64,000 nucleotides of DNA from Trypanosoma brucei (taxonomy: Eukaryota). The notes beneath the pieces are model-generated. The model was given only the letters and a program-made list of their open reading frames with translations. It did no database searches and was not told the DNA's origin. The stretch covers positions 416,001 through 480,000 of the forward strand of contig CH464491.1 of assembly GCA_000002445.1 (NCBI GenBank), written 5' to 3'. Within the stretch, counting starts at the first letter, position 1. Each line of letters opens with the position of its first letter. Both the position numbers and the translations under genes were made by a program. Below, piece after piece: positions 10,801-20,105 of this stretch.

Positions 10801-12194
10801 CTCTGCTGGAGCGCCGCGGAGGAAAGGTTTCCTCACTGGTGGACACATTGAACCTGGATTGCACATCCTGGGCGTTAGATATGGCGAGAAGCTACTGTGT
10901 TCGACCGGACGAGCCCTCATCCTTTTTGGCGGTAGCGCTTAGGGCTATAGGAATATGGTCGGAAAGCTCACAAGATTCCTTCAGAAGTGATTTGACTCCC
11001 TGCGGGGGTTATTGCCCAGCTCCCTTCGCCGATGCATACGCAGAGGACATCGAACTAACGGCCATTGGCGAAGAAGTGCAAAAAGAATCCATGGAGAAAA
11101 CTGTGGAGTTTGTGCTTGGTGTTTCCCCTTCCAATCCAACAGATGCATCTTCTCCGTTTGCAGCCATTTGCTCGGTATCTGATGCGCTTGAAGTGTTGGG
11201 TGAAGGAGTCACCAAAACGAAAGCAACATTCAAGCACGTTGTGGATTGCTTTTATCCATGGGACAAGGGAGAGACGTTCCGCGCAACGGTGGAAGTGATG
11301 TTCCCTACCCATTTCGCAGCATTGCAATACCTTTACACGGAGGGCAAAGTGGACGAGTTGATGTTATCACTTTCCCGTTGTCGTGCCTTCAAACCGCAAG
11401 GGGGGAAAACAAACAGCGATTTCTTCATCACGTTAGATGGACGTTTTTTGCTGAAGCAGATCAAGCAGGCGGAGTTGCTGCACTTCGCCGAATTTGGTCC
11501 GCGATACTTCACCCAGTTGCGTAAGGTCTATAGTCATGCGATCAGAAGTGGAGTTCGTGTAGGGTCGGTGCCATTTGGGTGTTCACTGGGCAAAGTCCTT
11601 GGTCTGTTCTCTTTGCATGTGAAAGGGCGGAAGCGACTCTCGGATTCCTCCACGGAAGCCCGCTTCTTCGTTGTAATGGAAAGCGTTTTCTACTCCCGCC
11701 AACCAGACGTCATGTACGACCTGAAGGGAAGTCAGCGGAACCGTGTAGCGCGTGAGGGATCAGTGGTTCTTTTGGATCAAGACCTCGCTAAGATCCTCTG
11801 CAGGGGCTCTTTTTTCTTCTGTTCCGGCGAGACCAAAAATCTCTTCATGGATAGCATAACATGCGATGCGCACCTGCTGGCTACCAGCTCCATTATGGAC
11901 TACTCGCTTATTGTTGGAGTCGATCACACAACCCGCCAACTTTACGTTGGAATAATTGACTATCTTCATCCCTACACAGGGGCCAAAGCCATAGAATCTA
12001 AGGTAAAAGCGGGACTGGAAACCGTTCTTGGTGGCCAGGGGCGCGACCCAACCATTATTGATCCTCCCAGCTACCGAGAGAGATTCACGCGGTGGTTAGG
12101 AGATTGTGTGTTTAGTGTGCCCACAAAAAGACTCGCCGTGCCGTGGGTTACGGGAAGGGAGGGAAAGTCAGGGGATTCATGCAGTTTGGCTTAA
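7851..12194 (+). CDS. Fab1/PIKfyve-type 1-phosphatidylinositol-3-phosphate 5-kinase (FYVE finger + CCT/chaperonin-like domain + PIPK catalytic domain)
   Basis: An N-terminal FYVE zinc finger (WVDDQYATRCRGCDAPFTLLRRRHHCRHCGQIFCGDC) is followed by a TCP-1-like central region. The C-terminal PIP kinase catalytic domain carries GKTNSDFFITLDGRFLLKQIK...MDYSLIVGVDH...IIDYLHPYT motifs. Confidence 0.9.
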   Translation: MRSALPERALWVDDQYATRCRGCDAPFTLLRRRHHCRHCGQIFCGDCLATTHTTTAGRIITDKIATMVGLRVDGSHKICHECDRIVRKRRFVKRYIGQPAMIANETSLHHTDETSAPKLSESPPTPNISEEHVDVAASSGEMMPTKLEATLSSSIDEKCNEKDENMVATTKLAPVPLESEQPPTEEIPTHPETPKEREISYSLAELPLYSRNSMTVWIERLRREAQGRKWDGAARPPKPLSNRCVFKAEPKAKFTVLEAAEGPTASMATVFTAPVAQEELQKLEQEVSFHLIKRASRHFMSEEVLLSGGGLDKVEWVAGICDLAWRVVSQTLVVPREHVLAHLDVICVPGGSLSETKIIPGVAFLQTVAFRQMRTTVKLPRILLLAGDVGVAVKPLTDLTEYIGSCEGYLDKQYQRIKLWNPSVIVVEGRMHHYLLDRIQRESDITLVLQAGKAALHRLSRCCSASIIRDLQYVSGMDVSDPSALGTCDTFQLIQIGGKNICAFSGLRMPSFTTVLLRGGEGGQLDAAKRILVNCAITAYHLALQAHCFADFGIGMCPEYNPDGVAGDEEGREENRRLPSPCGNLAASNLHDHVECMTFISSSPRDEDLAATLSMNIAIKYPDDVTNMDPRYTKLVTDCLEVGTALLDTAAGDDPAGVTPMSSMISNVHQHFESFSFYSDADETLREYLTARAREGDGTRLIVHGNKRVWVTVKANASSGSRTNAQGSRAFSGLGTTSQSLKLAQPCGSLQLGEKLENDSWRLPLRTEAICKQCMQDVTSNFNTVPMEPCSVHTLNISWGAFLEFLIYTSPSVVMTCGHRMCESSFLSFTLFPYSTAEVAVSIRVEELPVYDIIPPSMTMPLCADVVSMYYHHEFEELRQCVAQTIAIVQTALSPQMSQQVGMANQAKNAKQTFSQLLSSRNCITDADTTNVTEERGRSLLKQAEDLIGRLSSLQSTEGLTQVRCGEMAELIIDTQDWFAAYVALLERRGGKVSSLVDTLNLDCTSWALDMARSYCVRPDEPSSFLAVALRAIGIWSESSQDSFRSDLTPCGGYCPAPFADAYAEDIELTAIGEEVQKESMEKTVEFVLGVSPSNPTDASSPFAAICSVSDALEVLGEGVTKTKATFKHVVDCFYPWDKGETFRATVEVMFPTHFAALQYLYTEGKVDELMLSLSRCRAFKPQGGKTNSDFFITLDGRFLLKQIKQAELLHFAEFGPRYFTQLRKVYSHAIRSGVRVGSVPFGCSLGKVLGLFSLHVKGRKRLSDSSTEARFFVVMESVFYSRQPDVMYDLKGSQRNRVAREGSVVLLDQDLAKILCRGSFFFCSGETKNLFMDSITCDAHLLATSSIMDYSLIVGVDHTTRQLYVGIIDYLHPYTGAKAIESKVKAGLETVLGGQGRDPTIIDPPSYRERFTRWLGDCVFSVPTKRLAVPWVTGREGKSGDSCSLA

Positions 12195-12986
12195 GGGTAG
12201 TGGCATAGTGAGTTGCACACCGTCAACACCACCAGCATCCGGGGAAGCAAAGAAAAAAGAAGCGGCTCGATACCCGTGACGTGGTGACCCTTATAAGCTA
12301 TGCAACCCCCGCCCATATAAAACACCCATCGATATCAAACAAAAACACACAAAACAGTATATAAATAAATAAATAAATATATATATATATGTGTGTGTGT
12401 GTTTGAAAACACGCCGCTGGAGGTGTGCCAACTCGTTTCTCTGGTTGGTATTGCATGCAACACGCATATTTTCGCCCCTGCAACTGTAAGGGAATGACAG
12501 CTCTTAATTCACTACTGGTGTGGAGGCATTGACTTCAACGAAGGCCAGCCCCATCTGCGTCGTAGCAACTGCGCGACGGGACACTGTGCCACCACATTTT
12601 AAGAGTGAAACCTCCACGGACAGTTCTAGCCAGTGGAAGCTCCGCTGCGGAAGAGTGGATAGAGTACTGAGGTGTGGTGAGTGTTGCATCATTTGTTTTT
12701 TTGCTTTCCAAATAGTGAATCTGTGGAAAACGGCAACGAGGAAGTGAGTTAAACAAGTACTGAATGCCAGAAGAAGGGGTTTCACTACGGAATATCACCG
12801 CCTTACGTTTCAGCATTGATTTGTTAGACTAAACCGCAAACCCCTTATTCTTTTATTTGTTTTTGCATACTTTCTTAGTCGTACACACCTCTAGTAGGTT
12901 CGGCTACTTAACATAAGGGTGAACGAAGGAGAAAAACAAGAAGTACAGAACCTACCAGGGACACCACCTTTAGCGGGCACCAGTGG

Positions 12987-14300
12987 ATGCTGGTGTCCCT
13001 CCATTTCTTTTGCTGTCGTGCGCTGCTACTTACACTGGCCTCCTGGGCAGCAGCATCAGGAGACGACGACGAGCCGTCTACAAGATTACACAAGTCTCTA
13101 GGGAGCGATGCACTTCAGGTCGTATGTCATATAAAGCGGATTGCGGATCTGGCGCGAAAGGATACACCAACGTACATCCTAAACAGGATTAGGGAACGAG
13201 AAGCCTCAGCCTTGCATGCTGTGGGAAGGGTGAAGCACTATATAGATCAAGTCAATGCCATCATTGCAATGCGCAAGGGCACACCAGACGGTGAAAAGAC
13301 AGAGCCCCTCATGACCAAAATTTATCAATTGTGTGGGGAGGCCGAGGCGGCTGCGAACTCCGCATCGAGTACTGTAGGAAAAGCGAGAGCGAAGGCTGAA
13401 ACAGCCGCAGGGGATGTGATGAAGCACGCCGCTGAAGTGTCCGGGAGTCCTCAAGATAGAACAACGGACGGTACCGGCTTGCGGCAACTGCTCGATTGGC
13501 ATTGCAAGGGCAACGTTCGCATTCCTACTGAATTTGAGTGTGTCTCTTACGGGCCTTCCAGCTCTTCATCAGATGGTAGCAGTGGGTCAACAGTGGATTG
13601 TACCCAGCGGCGCCCCGACGTGAACTACAAAACTTTAGATTCCGCAAAAATGAAAGCAGCCATGGAGAAATGGGTTAGTGTGAAACCACCCGCCTCGGAG
13701 ACAGTTTCAACAGGATGCAGAAACTACAATACAAATGAATATTTGTGCGCGGAACTTGAGAAGTGGGTGCCGTCTTATAGACGGCTAACGGAAGGAATGC
13801 TTACCCTGGAGCAGGCATTGCGTGAAGTTAGTTTTGTGGCAGCGGCAGTAGAGCGACAGTGGACAATTGCGTACCATCTTTATAATGAGGTGGAAAAGAA
13901 TCATGATTTGGAATCCCTTTCACAAGTAGTTAATAAAAAAAAGCACGAGATTGAAGCAACAAGAAACAGCACAGAGGATATGGAATTTTTGCACCGCAAC
14001 GGCTCCTTCGACGACGGGCTTACTGACCTAAGTGGCTGCGAGGGGGAGGAAAACGTTGGCGGTAACGGTGACAGCACCGAAGGGGGTCCGCAGAGTAAAG
14101 AATCAGCGGAAGCCTTGAAAAAGTCGCAAAGAAGTAAGAAAATTATTGTATTTGTAACAGTTGGTTTCGTCTCACTTGCAGTTGCCGTTTCCATAGTAGC
14201 GGCGTTCTTGTGCGTGTGCAGGAGGCGGCGGCTGCGAGAGAGTGCCGCACGCACGGGGGAAGTCTCAAAGGAATGCGCAGAACCTTCAGCAAAGAAGTAA
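12987..14300 (+). CDS. hypothetical type I membrane protein (signal peptide, ~380 aa ectodomain, single TM helix, short basic cytoplasmic tail)
   Basis: The start is an ATG. The N-terminal hydrophobic leader is MLVSLHFFCCRALLLTLASWAAASG. The C-terminal IIVFVTVGFVSLAVAVSIVAAFLCV segment is followed by CRRRRLRESAAR...KK. I recognise no catalytic motif. The architecture resembles trypanosome invariant surface proteins, but this is not a sequence-level identification. Confidence 0.5.
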   Translation: MLVSLHFFCCRALLLTLASWAAASGDDDEPSTRLHKSLGSDALQVVCHIKRIADLARKDTPTYILNRIREREASALHAVGRVKHYIDQVNAIIAMRKGTPDGEKTEPLMTKIYQLCGEAEAAANSASSTVGKARAKAETAAGDVMKHAAEVSGSPQDRTTDGTGLRQLLDWHCKGNVRIPTEFECVSYGPSSSSSDGSSGSTVDCTQRRPDVNYKTLDSAKMKAAMEKWVSVKPPASETVSTGCRNYNTNEYLCAELEKWVPSYRRLTEGMLTLEQALREVSFVAAAVERQWTIAYHLYNEVEKNHDLESLSQVVNKKKHEIEATRNSTEDMEFLHRNGSFDDGLTDLSGCEGEENVGGNGDSTEGGPQSKESAEALKKSQRSKKIIVFVTVGFVSLAVAVSIVAAFLCVCRRRRLRESAARTGEVSKECAEPSAKK

Positions 14301-16295
14301 TTGTAAAAAAGAGCACAAGGGGAATAAAACATAGTGAAAGGGTAAAAAATTATATATTGCACGTTTACGCTTAGTGGATTCAGCTGGTGCTGTCATTCCC
14401 CCCTGAAAAGCCGTGACGGAGATGTGCGCGTTGAGGGGAAAGGCTGTAAATTCAACGCCTCTGCTAGGGGTTGCCTCTCGGGTGAGGTGGGGAGGTTAAT
14501 GCTCCCCTTGCAGCACCATGCACACAAAATAACTTTTGCTATGTTAGTCTATATTTTTAATTGTTGCGGCTACTTCTTTTACGGCTGTGGGCATACCAAC
14601 CCTTTTTCTTTTTATTTTAATCTCTTTTTTTCTTCCTTTTTGAATTTGTAAAAGTCACTCGGTTACCTCACCTGTTCATGGTGTGGTGTCTCCTGGTTGG
14701 AAAATATTCTCGTTGTATTGCTTTAATTGTCAATAAGAACGCAGAAGGCGTGTGACGCGTACTCCTTGAAAATGTGACCGCCTTCTCGCCTCCATACGTG
14801 CGTACATATGCATCTTCCAAACTTCACTTTACATCCCCCGCACACATTGTACAGACAATAGGAGCTCGTTTGCATCCAACTGGCTTCTAGCGCATACAGC
14901 CAAACAGCATGTTAGCTATGTGGAAAATCGCCTCCCGGTTTCGTTTCACGGGGTATGTTAACTACAACAGGAATATTCAGGTTCTCCTGCGTGTAGGGAC
15001 GTGCGACGCTGCAATTTATGTGTGATGTAGGGACTCTGAACCACAATTCTTGTTCCCGTCACATCCCTCCAGTTGTGCGGTAGCGACGTACGAGCGGCGG
15101 CAGCAAGTGGAGAGGGAAACAAATGGCCATCACCCTCAAAGTTGAATAATTTGCCACTGTCGGTGTATGTGGCGGGTGCAACAATGATTAATCCACTTGA
15201 CTGCAATTTCCATCCCTTCAGCAGGGAGATGGATTGTAAAAAGTGCATCCGTTAATTTTTATTCAGTACTGGTCGGTGCCGTGCTGGTATGGGGGCTCGG
15301 GCACCGGAGGGGCATATCCTTCAACCCTTTCTTCCCTGCTTCTTTACAAGAAGAGATTGTGAAACTGTTGGGATGCGTTTAAAAAGTTCTTATGTGGAGG
15401 GTGTGATGGTGTTGAAGACATGGAAAAGCTACTATATATAGTCGATAAAAAAAGGTCGATAATTTTTACTTGGCAGCGAACGAGATCACCGCTTGTTGCA
15501 TTCAGTTATGGGAACCACAAGTATTCCAACTACAAAGTTTGTGAAACGCTCACTAAAACGGCCGAAGGAACTCTGCCAATGTATGTGAACTCGCGGCAAG
15601 AGGCTGGAAAGCAAAAAATTCCACGGCCGCTCGCGCCACCCGGGTGGAACTTTGCGTTTCAACTGCGAACCGGAAAGAAACAATAGCATCCCGAATTCAA
15701 TAATAACCACAAATGCCCACTTCCTAGTACACCCCTGTCTGTCCACCCGACGAATATTGATGCAATTTACATATGTGGAACCTAGCAAGTTGCTAAACAT
15801 CGCCTCCTTTTGTTAATAAAAAATGAGACCCTTTAATTGCAGCAAAATCGAAAATTATAAACACATACATGTGCGCACGTTGCTTAATGTGAGATAAAGA
15901 GAAACCAACAGAAAGCTCAGAAATAATAGCAGGAGACGTTCATCGCATCAACACAATATCACATGTCAAAACACGATTTAAGCCGTTGCGACAAGTCACA
16001 ACGCCGCGTAGACACGGGAATCGCACGATACTCGGTTGAAATAGATGGAACAAACACAAAACTGTTGTTTGCCACAACACCACAGGTAGTGCGCAAACAA
16101 GAGAACGATGGCAGAGGATACATACCTCGTATGGAAATTCCTTCACATACAGTAACGGACGATCTTATAATAACTCATAACCAACAAAGTGTAGACCACG
16201 TGGGAAAGTTACAAAGTTAAAAAGACTTTACTTTTTTATGTATCAGCAAAACTAAAGACTACAGTCAGAGCCACCTTTGAGATGAAAGTTGCATA

Positions 16296-16352
16296 CCGCC
16301 CTTATTTTTGTCCAAACTATTTCCCCTTTGACCCCTTCCTTTTGTCGTCTGT
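16296..16352 (+). promoter_or_regulatory. polypyrimidine tract, likely the trans-splice acceptor region for GRESAG4
   Basis: cccttatttttgtccaaactatttcccctttgaccccttccttttgtcgtctgtaag lies ~40 nt upstream of the ATG at 16389. Confidence 0.45.
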
Positions 16353-16388
16353 AAGACATCTTAACGCTAAATAGAGACTAAACAAACA

Positions 16389-19300
16389 ATGCCGGCAGCT
16401 TTGTGCGGTTTGAGTTCTTCTGCACCACACACACGGGCGTCCTCTCACCGTATGAGGCACGTGACGCTACAACGAGGTGCAAAGGTTATTGGGTCGCTGT
16501 TGTTGTTAATAATGCTGACAGTCGGTTCACTCGCAAGGCCAATTGAAGCAACAGATGTTGTGACAGTCAAAGTGCTGAGCCTCATGTACGGCGCCGGCTC
16601 CCCCAACGACGTCGTTGACTCCCTCAACGCAGGTCTGGGTGCATCCCTTGCAGCACGTGAAGATGAAGTGAGCTCGATGTTCAAGGTTTCTCTGATCCAA
16701 CCTTCGTCGTACGATGAGCCAATCGAGCAGTTGTTTAACACCACAGTAGAACGGACGAACAACGAGCTTCTGGTCATCGTGGGGCCACTGGGTAATCAAA
16801 ATGTACTTTGGGTACAAGACAGGCTAGAGGTGCATGATTTGGTTGCCTTTGCACCTCTTTCTTACTCTGATAAAACCCGTGGGTGGAATCCCCACTTCTA
16901 TTATCCAAGTGTCGAGCCAGATGCCGAGTTACTTGCCCTCGTCCGCTATGCTATCGTATTCCTTCGGGTCCCGCGCGTAGGCTTCATGTACCTCAAGGAC
17001 ACGCACTTTGGTGAGACCTCGCTTCTATTCGCACGGGATGTGATGTCTATGATGGGATATAAGTTGTGTGGCACGTTTGCTATCGAAGGCGGTGATGATC
17101 GGAGCGAGGACGCTACATTCGAGGCGGAGTGGAAACAATTTGTGGATACACGCCCGCAGGCTGTTCTGTTATTTGGTTCCCCACACGACCTCACCGCGAA
17201 GTTCATCACGAAGATGGTGACGGATAATCGCACAGCAGGAGCGTATGTACTTACCGTCTCCAATATGCAAAATTTCCTACTCAAGAACTGGAAGAAGGCA
17301 CTGGAGGTGGCTGGTGCCAATCTCAAACCCGGACAAATCGTCATCACCGGTACAAGCCCACTCGCTGGTGATGCGCAATATGAAGTGATCCAACGCTTCC
17401 AAAGGGAAATGACTAAACACCTAGAGACAAACAAGGACTGGGGCGGTTTTGCGAAGCCAGGGCACTTTAGCACTAACCACAATGATGGGGAACTGATGGT
17501 TCTCGGGTGGCTCGCTGGGGAGTTGCTTGTGCGGGCACTAGTTGAAAGTGTCTCATTAACGAATCGTACCCTATTCAAGGCTTCACTGTATAATCAGCGC
17601 CGCTACCTGATCGACGACATGGTGATTGGTGACTTTGGCGGTGAATGCAGTGAGGACGCACAACGTCAAGGTGCCGTCCGCCGTTGCAACCAAGGGGGTA
17701 ATATAGTGTACATGAAGAAGGTTGTTGACCAATACCATTTGGAACCACTAAGGGAAGGATTCCTGACCTGGGGTACATCGCGGTGCTTCAGCGAGGGTGT
17801 CCGCGTAGGTGCCCCGCTTAGCGGTGTCGTCATATTGGCGTCCGATCACACTGTTGCTCATCGTGCCAATTCTCGGTACTTTAGTGGTGCAACGGCTCTC
17901 TCACGTAACGACCGGATCTGGGAGGATGACAGGCTCTTCCTTCATCCTCTCGAGTCCTCGCTTTCAGGGGCGGCAACAGACCTTCACGATAACCGCGATA
18001 AAATTGTCATTTCTGCTGTCTTCGGCGTTGTGACCAATGATGTGCTTAGCACAGAAGGTCTTATTTTCTTTGACCCGATGGTGGTTTTCCCTCAGTTGAG
18101 TATGTTCAGACGGCATGTTATACACTTCTTTCCTACGCTCGCACAGGAGCTCTACGTATTCGCCCGATACCTCTCACACTCGGAAAGCAGCTTCGCCGAT
18201 GCCATTATCCGAAGCGATGAGGCAGGTGAAATTGCCAAGGTATTGGCAATGTCATTGGTGACATTTGGCGTGTCACCTGGTTTTGGAGTGTTCTTGGATG
18301 TTGCTTCCCCTATTCGTGAAAGTCATCTCAAACGCGGTGGCGATACGTTCGTCCTTGGACTCACAGCTCCTGATGTAAAATTGATATCCAAGCACCTTGA
18401 AACCCACCCTGAGGCTCGAGTTTTCATCACCTTCACGGACCTGGTACTGCTGTACGAGGAGTTCATATCAGAGTTCAATGCAACTACAAACACTAAAGCA
18501 CAGCGCCTATTTTTCGCCACTAGTTTACCGCATTGGGCTGATAATAGTTCCAAATCAGAAACCATTACTGCTTACCACAGAGCTATTCCCGATCCGAAGC
18601 AGTGGTCGCCGATGTCACTGCGTGGTTTCGCTGTCGCCCGAGTGATGCAAACTCTCCTAGTACCCATGAAGAAAGTGAATGCCGCTTTACTCGCAGAGCA
18701 AGTGTTTTGGCAAACGTCGTTTGTTGTCGATGACATGAAGTATGGGCCCTTTAACGATGTCGACTGCGTCGCTAACGGCGTGCAACTGTCGAGTAATTGT
18801 GTTTGGAACTACGGTGCCACAGATATCGCTGTGTGGTCCTTCGCTCGTGTTCTGAACCCTTCTCTTCCTGTAGCGGAGGATCCCATTACGCCTTCGATGG
18901 AGTATAAGAAGCCTCGCGAGCAACTAACATCCTCTGAGATTGCTGGTATCGTAATGGGATCAGTTATCGCGTTGATGCTCTTTGCTACCCTTGGTGTTGC
19001 ACTACTATGCAGTAGGCGGAACAAGCGTGATAACGACCGAGCGCCGAGGGAACCAACTGATCCCGTGACACTTATCTTCACTGACATCGAGAACAGCACA
19101 GCCCAGTGGGCGGCGCATCCCGATCTCATGACGGAGGCGGTAGCCGCGCACCACCGCTTGATCCGTGCACTGGTGCTGAGGCATAACTGCTACGAAGTTA
19201 AGACCATTGGAGACTCCTTCATGATCGCGAGCAAGCACCCGTCCCAAGCGGTTCAACTGGCAGCAGATGTTCAACTCATGTTCTTGCACAACGACTGGGG

Positions 19301-20105
19301 TACGGATGTATTCGACAATTTCTACCGTGAGTTGGAGGAAACGAATGCGAAGGAGGATAATGAATACACTTCTCCTACTGCATGTCTGGACCCCGAAGTG
19401 TACAGTCGGTTGTGGAGTGGTTTACGCGTACGCATTGGTATTCACACCGGGTTGTGTGATATTCGGCATGATGAAGTCACAAAAGGTTACGACTACTACG
19501 GTCCCGCCACCAACATGGCAGCACGCACGGAGAGTGTTGCTAACGGTGGGCAAGTATTAATAACACATGCAACTTATATGTCTCTGAGTGAGTCGGAGCG
19601 GCAACAGTTCGGTGTGACCGCACTCGGACCCGTGGCATTGCGTGGCGTTCCTCAACCGGTGCAGCTGTACCAGCTAAGTGCGGTACCGGGTCGTACCTTC
19701 GCACCCCTCCGCCTTGACCGGGAGTATTTCTTCGAAGATGAAAATGAGACCACCAACTCCACAAGCGAAAATAGCTCGTCACGTGCGGAGCTTGGTGAAT
19801 CGGCACAAATGATTATGACTTCACTTCAGATGTTGCTCAGTACCTTCAAGGGTCCGCAGCGTGAGAAATTGCTAACGCCGTACTGTGAGCGCTGGCGTGT
19901 GCCGCTACCCCGGAAGTGTACAAGAGTGTGGGATGAGGAATATTGTCAGGAGGTTATGCGTCGCATTGCTGCAAAGGTCGGGCACGTGGCGGACCACTGT
20001 GCGGTGGGCCAAAGCAATCACTCCACAAGTACACTGAGCAGCGCATCAGTGGTGATTATCTCCGAAAACAAAGCTTTCCTCGATACATGTTCTTCCATGC
20101 TTTGA
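16389..20105 (+). CDS. GRESAG4: receptor-type adenylate cyclase (GRESAG4 family): signal peptide, large extracellular periplasmic-binding-protein-like domain, one TM helix, class III cyclase catalytic domain
   Basis: The catalytic domain block PVTLIFTDIENSTAQWAAHPDLMTEAVAAHHRLIRALVLRHNCYEVKTIGDSFMIASKHP...LRVRIGIHTGLCDIRHDEVTKGYDYYGPATNMAARTE is typical of trypanosome ESAG4/GRESAG4 cyclases. A TM segment IAGIVMGSVIALMLFATLGVALLC precedes it. The ORF starts at an ATG. Confidence 0.9.
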   Translation: MPAALCGLSSSAPHTRASSHRMRHVTLQRGAKVIGSLLLLIMLTVGSLARPIEATDVVTVKVLSLMYGAGSPNDVVDSLNAGLGASLAAREDEVSSMFKVSLIQPSSYDEPIEQLFNTTVERTNNELLVIVGPLGNQNVLWVQDRLEVHDLVAFAPLSYSDKTRGWNPHFYYPSVEPDAELLALVRYAIVFLRVPRVGFMYLKDTHFGETSLLFARDVMSMMGYKLCGTFAIEGGDDRSEDATFEAEWKQFVDTRPQAVLLFGSPHDLTAKFITKMVTDNRTAGAYVLTVSNMQNFLLKNWKKALEVAGANLKPGQIVITGTSPLAGDAQYEVIQRFQREMTKHLETNKDWGGFAKPGHFSTNHNDGELMVLGWLAGELLVRALVESVSLTNRTLFKASLYNQRRYLIDDMVIGDFGGECSEDAQRQGAVRRCNQGGNIVYMKKVVDQYHLEPLREGFLTWGTSRCFSEGVRVGAPLSGVVILASDHTVAHRANSRYFSGATALSRNDRIWEDDRLFLHPLESSLSGAATDLHDNRDKIVISAVFGVVTNDVLSTEGLIFFDPMVVFPQLSMFRRHVIHFFPTLAQELYVFARYLSHSESSFADAIIRSDEAGEIAKVLAMSLVTFGVSPGFGVFLDVASPIRESHLKRGGDTFVLGLTAPDVKLISKHLETHPEARVFITFTDLVLLYEEFISEFNATTNTKAQRLFFATSLPHWADNSSKSETITAYHRAIPDPKQWSPMSLRGFAVARVMQTLLVPMKKVNAALLAEQVFWQTSFVVDDMKYGPFNDVDCVANGVQLSSNCVWNYGATDIAVWSFARVLNPSLPVAEDPITPSMEYKKPREQLTSSEIAGIVMGSVIALMLFATLGVALLCSRRNKRDNDRAPREPTDPVTLIFTDIENSTAQWAAHPDLMTEAVAAHHRLIRALVLRHNCYEVKTIGDSFMIASKHPSQAVQLAADVQLMFLHNDWGTDVFDNFYRELEETNAKEDNEYTSPTACLDPEVYSRLWSGLRVRIGIHTGLCDIRHDEVTKGYDYYGPATNMAARTESVANGGQVLITHATYMSLSESERQQFGVTALGPVALRGVPQPVQLYQLSAVPGRTFAPLRLDREYFFEDENETTNSTSENSSSRAELGESAQMIMTSLQMLLSTFKGPQREKLLTPYCERWRVPLPRKCTRVWDEEYCQEVMRRIAAKVGHVADHCAVGQSNHSTSTLSSASVVIISENKAFLDTCSSML

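Noticed and set aside
16946-17578. Antisense shadow ORFs inside large genes (e.g. 16946-17578 within GRESAG4, 47151-47837 within IVD, 51775-52614 within the ARD fusion, 54176-55231 within the CUE gene, 56253-57647 within the 1137 aa ORF)
   Set aside because: They lie wholly within and opposite to well-supported long ORFs, have biased arbitrary composition, and have no motifs. This is the typical antisense-ORF artefact of GC-balanced coding sequence.
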